This document shows positions 36,010 through 43,741 of a stretch of DNA of 43,741 nt, piece after piece. This stretch comes from Octopus bimaculoides (taxonomy: Eukaryota), in NCBI RefSeq assembly GCF_001194135.2, contig NC_068985.1:90373206-90416946 (forward strand). The letters run 5' to 3'. The position numbers and the translations under genes were made by a program. Under the pieces are notes generated by a model that was not told the DNA's origin, did not search any database, and worked only from the letters and a program-made list of their open reading frames with translations. Numbering within the stretch: the first letter of the stretch is position 1; each line of letters begins with the position of its first letter.

Positions 36010-38830
36010 TAAAGAAATAGAAGTGAATATCGGCCCGTCAGCCCCATGAAATTGCGTTACCAGTAACCTTTTCCTTCAATGAACTCGGAGGGGAAGTTAC
36101 CTCAATACGTTAACGCTAAATATATAGATCCATTCCATTCCGTTAACGTTCAGTCTCCTCATGTCCCAATGACAGCAAAGCAAAACTCATAGCGGATCGG
36201 TTCTCACCAGAATCAACTGGGTTCGTCCCGCCCAGTCAGAGACTAGACTGGGAGAGAAAAATCAGCTACTAGTTCAAATTTTTTCGAAATTCAGGAGCTA
36301 GTAGCACCACTTAACTGGAATGTTCCAAATTACGGCCATCCAAGCTCATCATCAAATTGTCAAAGGAAAACGCATGAAAGATACCCCAGGGAAGATAATA
36401 AAGACGTTCTTTATGCCTTCTATTGCGCCATGTATTTTCCCCAAAATAAATCCAATACTAAAAAAAAGAACATACCTAAATTGTAGAGAGAAGCATCTTG
36501 AAATATTATCTCACAGAGATAGTAACAAGCTTGCCAATATTGTAAAGAAACATTATACTGATTTTGAGATTGACCGGATTAAACAACCAGTAAAGCACAA
36601 AAGGAACGAATATTCAGCGAAAGATATTAATGGAGAAATAATTTAGACAAATGCATCAGCTCTGATGAAAACGCAGTAATTACAGAAAAAAAAAAACAAA
36701 TGTAAATGTTAAGCAAAATGAAATACACTCTCATCCATCCATAAATATCAAGGAAGATGAAAATCAAACAGAAATTGATTCAACTTAAGAAGATGATCTA
36801 AAAAAGAATCAAACCATGATTGAATGGCTGGTCGCAAAAATTCGCAACTCTAACGAAAGCCTGAAAGTAACTGGTGAAATCAACCTTGCCCTTTAAGCTA
36901 ATGATGTCCATATTACAAGTATCAAATATTTGTATTATGCAACTCATAAGATCTTAAGTAGTCTGTGTGGTTATACATTTAGAAAAAGAAAACATTCTCA
37001 AAAATGCATATTTGTCAAGACCAAATCCAACAAAGAATTCACTTATTTAGGTTTGATATACAATGACTAAGAAAAAACTAAGTCTGACAAGAATATCAAG
37101 CAAAAAGAAACAAAAATATGAAAATTAAAGAAAATATATAATATGGAATCCATACTTGACATCGATATCATTATAGAAACGAGCAGGCCGAAGTTACCGT
37201 AGAAAGCTGCCTGCATAGCACGGTATATGAGTCTCGCAAGGTTCTTCAAGTAAAACGGTATGTTTAAAACTAATCGAAATAATTTTAGAGGAAGATAAAT
37301 AAAGTTTTAGTTACATTAATATGTGTCCCATCAAAAGAAGTGCAAGAATTCTGCAGTAAAATTTGGGCAGAAGAAAAATTGATTGATAGAATATCTACTT
37401 AATCAGCATCCTTCGAACAGCAAAAGTGGAATGGTGTCAAGGTAGAAAATTAAGGACCTGCTCCCTGGAAACCAAGCGAATGGAAGTCTCCGGGAAAGGA
37501 TTAATTTCCAAACTTCTGCTTGAATGCTTTTTTCAGAAACTCATGAAGTACTGACTAGAATTTACAACAATGTTTTGCAGCAGACAAATGTGATTCCCTC
37601 TTGGTCTCTTGGTTAGTTAATCGTGTTACATCTCTACATCCTAAAAATGAGGAAATAAATACAGCAGAATAATTATAGACGCATAACCTGTTTAATAACG
37701 ATGTCCAAGTTATCAAAATCTGTCTTGACCGAATGCACTTATAGCATCTTACCAGGAAATGGAATATTTACTGATGAGCAAAAAGGATGTAAACGTGGGT
37801 CCTAGGGTTTCAAAGATCGGTTTCTGACCAATAAGATAGTTTTACAAGATTGTCACAAGCAGCACAAGAACCTATCAATAGCCTGGATAGACTATAAAAA
37901 CGCTTTTCATAATCTACCACGTAACTGGATTGAGAAAGTGACTCTCTGTCACTCTCCTCTTTTGTCTAGCCTTAAGTACCTCTTTTCAAATTGGTAGATG
38001 AAGCACAATGTGTCTATAGAAATTTTGACAAAACTATAAATCAGCTCCTTTGTATGGACGATATAAAGATTTTGGCAAGAACGGATCAGCAGCTACAGAG
38101 CTTACTAGCAATTTTTTAACGTTTCAGTGATGACATGAGGATGGCATTAGGCATCAGAGGGAAAATGAGAGAAACGTCCAACGTTAACCTTGGCCAACAG
38201 AATATTATAAAGGCTTTATAACAAGAGGAATGTCACAAATACTTAGGGATTTGTGAATGTGATGGAATTAAACATTCAAGGATAAAGCAAATGAGAAGAA
38301 AAGAATGTCATCGCAGGGTAAGGGCAACACACAAGACAGAACTACAATATCGAATCAATTAATACTATAGCCATACAGATCGTGAACTTATAATTACAAT
38401 ATTATTAGATAGTCAATTGCTGAAATATATAAACTTGACCAAAAAGTACGAAAAAAAGTTGAATATGAAAAGAATGCATCACCCTAAGGTAAATGTCGAG
38501 CGACTTTACTTGCCATGAAAAGAGGACAACCATTGATTGTTACTGCTTAAATTAAAACTGAAGATTGCCACAATTAGACATGAAGCATATTTGAAACATT
38601 CCGATGATTGCATGCTAAAACCTTAGAGCACATATAGAAGAAAACTGCATACTTAGTAACAAAACAGAAAAAGGAAACATATAAGATAATTTAAAATGCA
38701 GAAATTACAAAAATTACATGTACGGGAAACAAGCACAGAGTATCTCAACAAGCATGACAGAGCGGCACAGTAGATTCAATGGGTAATGCGAAAGGACCTG
38801 GACTAGCCCCATGAAAGAAAAAAATGGTTG
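36010..38830 (+). mobile_element. R4/Dong-like non-LTR retrotransposon, 5' region through RT and thumb, heavily decayed
   Basis: N-terminal KRMK...NKLAN..K..TDFEIDRIKQ, RT motifs WKSPGKD, EQKGCKRGS*G.KD, AWIDYKNAF..PRNWI, LLCMDDIK, KYLG, RMHHPK..VERLYLP. The segment that should contain QGD is deleted; many stops. The 5' boundary is approximate. Confidence 0.88.
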
Positions 38831-38884
38831 GACACAAATCACCTCAATAGCTGGAAAATTATTGCATCTCGCATTTCTTCAATA

Positions 38885-38889
38885 ATGAC

Positions 38890-38938
<49 letters not shown>

Positions 38939-38958
38939 TTCATAATAATAATAATAAT
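38885..38958. repeat. (GAT)n then (TAA)n microsatellite
   Basis: Direct reading. Confidence 0.95.
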
Positions 38959-39055
38959 TAATAGAGAGCGTATAAATAACAAATTATTACCAGATAACAT
39001 AGAGCAAAAAAAGCAGCACAACAAGGATGCTGAATGGTTGCAAAACTGAGATAAA

Positions 39056-39902
39056 TAGTAATTTTGGGAGCTGTACTTTTGTGATCCTTTATAACATTTT
39101 ATGTAAGGGTCCGACGGTCCTTATCTGAAAGTGTTGGTTTTCTTCCGGAGTTTTGTTTCGACGACGAGGTTTTCACCTCTTTCTTGATGCCTGTCATTAC
39201 TTTCGAGACAGTACTTCCTGATACATCGAACATTTCAGCAGTTTTCATTACGCTAGCGCCTGCCATACGAGCACCAACAATTTGACCTTTTTGAAAGCCC
39301 GATAGATCTGTCATTTTAATGAATTTTAATTACATTTTTCTGATGATATCTAAAAAGAAACAGCAATTTTAGCTAAACATATTAAGCAACATTAATACTA
39401 AATAACAAAAAAACACCAAAAAAAAATTATAGGCGCAGCAGTGGCTGTGTGGTAAGTAGCTTGCTTACCAACCACATGGTTCCGGGTTCAGTCCCACTGC
39501 GTGGCACCTTGGGTAAGTGTCGTCTACTATAGCCTCGGGCCGACCAAAGCCTTGTGAGTGGATTTGGTAGACGGAAACTGAAAGACGCCCGTCGTATATA
39601 TATATATGTATATATGTATGTTTGTGTGTCTGTGTCTGTCCCCCCAACATCGCTTGACAACCGATGCTGGTGTGTTTACGTCCCCGTAACTGAGCGGTTC
39701 GGCAAAAGAGACCTATATAATAAGTACTAGGCTTACAAAGAATAAGTCCTGGGGTCGATTTTCTAGACTAAAGGCGGTGCTCCAGCATGACCGCAGTCAA
39801 CTGACTGAAACAAATAAAAGAGTAAAAGAGTAAAAGAGTAAAGATGTTTTAAAATGATGATGCTATGATGCTAAGTGTTTCCATTATTTTGTCCACCCCT
39901 TG
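39056..39902 (-). mobile_element. Tc1-family element, 5' terminus and transposase N-terminus, interrupted by a SINE
   Basis: TA (39903-39904) then CAAGGGGTGGACAAAATAATGGAAACAC terminal repeat on minus. ORF 39314-39099 MTDLSGFQKGQIVGARMAGASV.KTAEMF.VS.STVSKVM...SGRKP.LSD.DRRTLT, continuing KDHKSTAPKIT. Confidence 0.9.
39431..39844 (+). mobile_element. tRNA-derived SINE family B, full length, young
   Basis: A-box-like TGGCTGTGTGG, B-box-like GGTTCAGTCCC, internal TA/TG tract and (GAGTAAAA)n tail; six other partial or full copies in the window. Confidence 0.92.
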
Positions 39903-40858
39903 TACATCAACAAAAAATAATACACAGTTGAAATGCATACTACTACAATATTTACAAGTAGGTATACACGTTTACCGGACGTAGTTGTGTCTAAATAGAA
40001 AAGTACATTAAGTATATATCTGCGAAGAGAAAAGGAACTGGAAAGAATGTAAATGATGTGGGGAAAATGTTTGATTGAGTAACTTAAGATATGCGAAAGT
40101 TGTGTGTAAAACAAAAAAACAATCAAAGATATAAAAGGATTCGGGACTGGATAGGTGAAGAGAGGAATTAGAAAGGAGACAAATAATGGAACGCCGATTA
40201 ATTATTTGAGGTTTTTGTTTGAATATGTTTGCAGTCCAATGGAAGTATTTAAAACGAGTTCCAATATTGTTTTACGGAAAATCTACTTGATATTTCGTTT
40301 TCAGCAATTTGTCCCCTCAATGTGTTTGTTATTTTCTATCCTGTTATTGAGCTTCTTTTCATACAATTATTGTTTTGTGTTATTCCCCTGCTTATATCGA
40401 TTTGCGTTTCGTTCCAAGATTTCTTTCCGCTGCATCTCTGCAATTTAATATTTTTCCTTACAAAACAAACAAAAAAAAAACGTATTTTTCTTCTGCTTTA
40501 TTTCGAAGCACAACGGTATTACTATCTCTATCAACACGACTGACATTTAAAGGGATAGAAATATCAGACGTTTCCATTTGAAAAATATCGGAGTAAAAGA
40601 ATAATAAAACATTCAGATGCTATGCTTTCGAGGACCTCCTAAGTAGTTCTATATCGTGGAAATAAAACATTCCTTGACGACCTTGACCGAAAACCCAACG
40701 GACAACCATAATATAAGAAAAAAACATTGTTTTACAGGAAAAGGAAATACAAGNNNNNNNNNNNNNNNNNNNNNNNNNNNNNNNNNNNNNNNNNNNNNNN
40801 NNNNNNNNNNNNNNNNNNNNNNNNNNNNNNNNNNNNNNNNNNNNNNNNNNNNNAACTA

Positions 40859-40893
<35 letters not shown>

Positions 40894-41742
40894 CTCTGAG
40901 CGAAACAGTAGCTGAACGACATCGTAAAGTGTATTTGTCACCTAAATGTGGCTAACACACATGGGTTGATGCTACTTTTGCTTGTAGCCCCAGGAAGATA
41001 TCTCTTCTAGCTGGCTATTGATGTACTATCTTTGTCCTCTCACTATTTGCAAAGGAAGTCATATATGATGACAAAATATGAATTCATATTGGAATTTACT
41101 TACATACCACTAACAGAAAGACTTTCTTCCACTTCTACACACCATTTCCCTTGGATAATGGAGCTACAAGTATAACAAATTTATACATATTTTATTATTA
41201 TTTATATATTCATTCTCACATTTCTCTATATACTCCATATTTACTGCCTTTTCCAGAGTATCTCCTCATATTGATGTCTAATATTCCCCTTTATTTAGCC
41301 ATCTTACATCGTCCCTTTTTTATCAATCTCCTGAAAATTCCACACACCTTTGGCTATGTTATCTCATTCTATTTATCGAGGAGGATAATCTATGAGAAAA
41401 ACATATACACATGTACACACATACATATGTGTGTGCGCGCGTGTGTTTGTGTGTGTGTATGCCTGTCTGTGTTTGTGTCTGGCTCTGTGTCTGTGTGTGC
41501 GTATGTATATGCGTACGTATGTTATACGTATACGTGTCCATTTAAATAAACTGAAAGCCATATATGCTCGTATGAATTTACGCCACGTCCATATGTGTGC
41601 TAGTAGATACTTCTTTGTTTAACTCATGGATCCAGTTACGAAAAATTTACTTTGCTAAACATAATGTTTATTCAAATCAATGAATGTCAGATAAATCTTT
41701 CCCTATTGTGTTAAGCGAATATTTACTTACGTCACACTACAT

Positions 41743-41746
<4 letters not shown>

Positions 41747-41828
<82 letters not shown>
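41747..41828. repeat. (CA)n microsatellite
   Basis: Perfect run of about 40 units. Confidence 0.97.
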
Positions 41829-41833
<5 letters not shown>

Positions 41834-42502
41834 TACAGACAGGTCTATGCACATGCACATGCTCACACACACATATACATATGTATCTGCATATACATAA
41901 ATTTATATATATATGTGTGTATGCTTCAGTATGGAGAGAGAAAACATACATAAAGCGAGAGAGGGATGGATAATGTCAGAGAGAAGCACAGAAATAGCTA
42001 AATGTTAATCAAGAGTTAAGGTCATTGACTGCAAATCTTAATCAAGAGTGAATATATGCAAATTATGTTGGTTAGCTGCTAAACATAGCGAACAACATGA
42101 TTCGTAAAATGAGATTTCAGAGAAAATTTATTTTATGTAAAATATTATAGCGAACATTGAACCTACTTATGCGTTACGAAATAAGCTGTTTTGAAACTGT
42201 CGAACATCAAAGAAAGTTGTTCATTGTTTAATAGTTTAAATATATCTGTCGTTTGACACGGTACATATGGAGCTAACTACGAAGCTAGGTATGAAATAAA
42301 GTTTAGTTACTGCTTGCATTTTACTGGTTCATTCCTCAGCTGCTATCGTTTCAAAGCGTGATTCACCAACTCTATTATTGAAATTATGAATATAAATCAA
42401 AGAATAATGTAAATTTATTGGTCCTAACTAGGCCCACTCTGTAAATTTAACTTAACACCCAAATTTAGTTTTTATTCTCTGGGATTGGCTATATAGTAAT
42501 AA

Positions 42503-42593
42503 GAACTCGGAATCATGTGATTAGTAGTCTGCGCTCTTAATCACTACGCCATATGCCAACGGGCATATGGCGTAGTGGTTAACAATGATAATG

Positions 42594-42647
<54 letters not shown>

Positions 42648-42798
42648 TCGAAAACTACCATGGAAATGAGAACCGAGGTTCGAAATTTCCCCAAGACACC
42701 TGATGAAGGGTGGAGGGCTTATCAGCCGAAACGTTGTGTTCACAACACACAAGATGAGGACAAATATCCGCTAAATATAAATTATGTAAATAATGTAT
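42503..42798 (+). mobile_element. Family D element: inverted tRNA-like head + truncated head + (TAA)n + hammerhead-containing body
   Basis: A-box TGGCGTAGTGG at 42568-42578; inverted head 42503-42557 homologous to 43353-43410; (TAA)n 42584-42645; hammerhead 42695-42740; AT-rich end tgtaaataatgta. Confidence 0.7.
42695..42740 (+). ncRNA. Minimal type I hammerhead ribozyme
   Basis: GACAC-CUGAUGA-A-GGGUG(10-nt loop)CAGCC-GAA-ACGU-U-GUGUU. Stem I GACAC/GUGUU, stem II with one G-G mismatch, palindromic ACGU stem III, GUU triplet and an extra A after A9. Confidence 0.7.
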
Positions 42799-42805
42799 AT
42801 TAGTA

Positions 42806-42920
42806 GGGGTTCATTCCCACTACGTGACACCTTGGGAAAGCGTTTTATAATATATCTTCGGTCCCGCGAAAGCCCTGTAAGTATATTTAGTAGACGTAGC
42901 CTGAGATATGCCCCTCCATG
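42806..42920 (+). mobile_element. Degenerate SINE family B, 5' part
   Basis: ggggttca.tcccact.cgtg.caccttggg.aag...tata..tcgg...aaagcc.tgt.agt..attt.gtagacg. Confidence 0.7.
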
Positions 42921-42943
42921 TCTGTGCGCGTATGTTATATGTG

Positions 42944-42987
<44 letters not shown>

Positions 42988-43352
42988 CGTGTGCGTGTGT
43001 GTGTGTTATAGGCATGTATATCATATTCGCTATGATAGATCGCGAAGCAATGCACACCTTTTTTTTTGCCTGTTTTTTTTTTGTTAATTCTCCCCCTGTA
43101 GATCATATATATATATATACACACACACACAAGAGTTACGGAATGACGTATGGAAAATCCGTGAAGAGATGCTTTATAGCGACTGGAATCTGAGAAGTGG
43201 TAAAATCGAAGTGAGGTGTATAACATCGGCTAATCTTTAGCCCAAAAATATCAACGGCACACACTTTCACATATGTACATACATACACACACAGATGTGC
43301 ACACACACAAAAACAGAGACACGCAAACACACGCATCTATGTATATGCCCAC

Positions 43353-43421
43353 GGGCATACGGCGCAGTAGTCAAGAGCGCGGGCTCCTAACACCAAGATT
43401 CCGAGTTCGATTTCAGGTAGT
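43353..43421 (+). mobile_element. Family D tRNA-like head, complete
   Basis: gggcatacggcgcagtagtcaagagcgcgggctcctaacaccaagattccgagttcgatttcagg has A-box-like and B-box-like (GAGTTCGATT) motifs at tRNA spacing. Confidence 0.8.
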
Positions 43422-43741
43422 AAGGCTTTGCCAAGGAAATAGAAATGAAATTCGGATTAGAAAAATGTGCCAAAGCAACCCTGAAAAGAGGAAAATTAGT
43501 TAAAAGTAGCAATATAACACTATATAAAGCCAATGAAATAAGAGAACTAGACGAAAGTCAACCATATAAGTATTTAGGAGTCAATGAACTAGATAGGATA
43601 CAACATACACACATGAAATAAAAAATAAAGAAAGAGTACTATAGACGAGTTAGATCAATACTAAAAACAGAGCTCAATGTTAAAAACAAGATAATGGGTA
43701 TCAACACTTTAGCTGTCCCAGTTATAAGCTACAGCTACAAC
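43422..43741 (+). mobile_element. 5'-truncated R4/Dong-like LINE, RT C-terminal region, running off the window
   Basis: GFAKEIEMKFGLEKCAKATLKRGK...YKYLGV...MK*KIKKEYYRRVRSILKTELNVKNKIMGINTLAVPVISYSYN; one stop in about 106 codons. Confidence 0.9.

Noticed and set aside
36320-36646. 108-aa ORF as a host gene
   Set aside because: It is the N-terminal part of the decayed R4/Dong-like ORF.
40155-40448. 97-aa ORF with a hydrophobic stretch
   Set aside because: Hydrophobicity follows from T-rich composition, the start is non-ATG, and no motif is recognised.
43353-43421. Possible tRNA gene
   Set aside because: The acceptor stem does not close and the sequence is repeated as a SINE head, so it is treated as tRNA-derived. 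The same holds for the heads of families A and B.
1-43741. CRISPR array, rRNA or prokaryotic operon
   Set aside because: No regularly spaced repeat-spacer units, rRNA-like sequence or gene-dense coding blocks; the window is eukaryotic repeat-rich DNA.

Overview
Eukaryotic, very AT-rich draft-assembly DNA with 13 N-gaps, most of them flanked by (TA)n/(CA)n/(GA)n microsatellites. The SINE families and repeat texture look like an octopus (coleoid cephalopod) genome; this is inferred from recognition, not from a search. No host protein-coding gene can be identified with confidence, only a few speculative exon candidates. The window is a transposon graveyard containing many tRNA-derived SINE copies (at least four families), two Tc1 remnants, one mariner, two internally deleted DD37D (maT-type) remnants, three R4/Dong-like RLE LINE fragments and three Penelope-like (PLE) fragments. 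The most interesting signals are RNA structures. (1) A PLE 3' end at 16986-18044 has direct and inverted pseudo-LTR copies and carries a minimal type I hammerhead ribozyme, intact on the minus strand and with an A9>U change in the plus-strand copy. (2) A non-coding element at 42503-42798 joins a tRNA-like Pol III head, a (TAA)n tract and a different minimal hammerhead. All three occurrences of its head in the window show local inversions, which suggests a hammerhead-bearing SINE mobilised by PLE machinery. One head copy is fused directly to a Dong-like LINE fragment. (3) Two separate loci show one SINE family joined to an older copy of itself at the same nucleotide.
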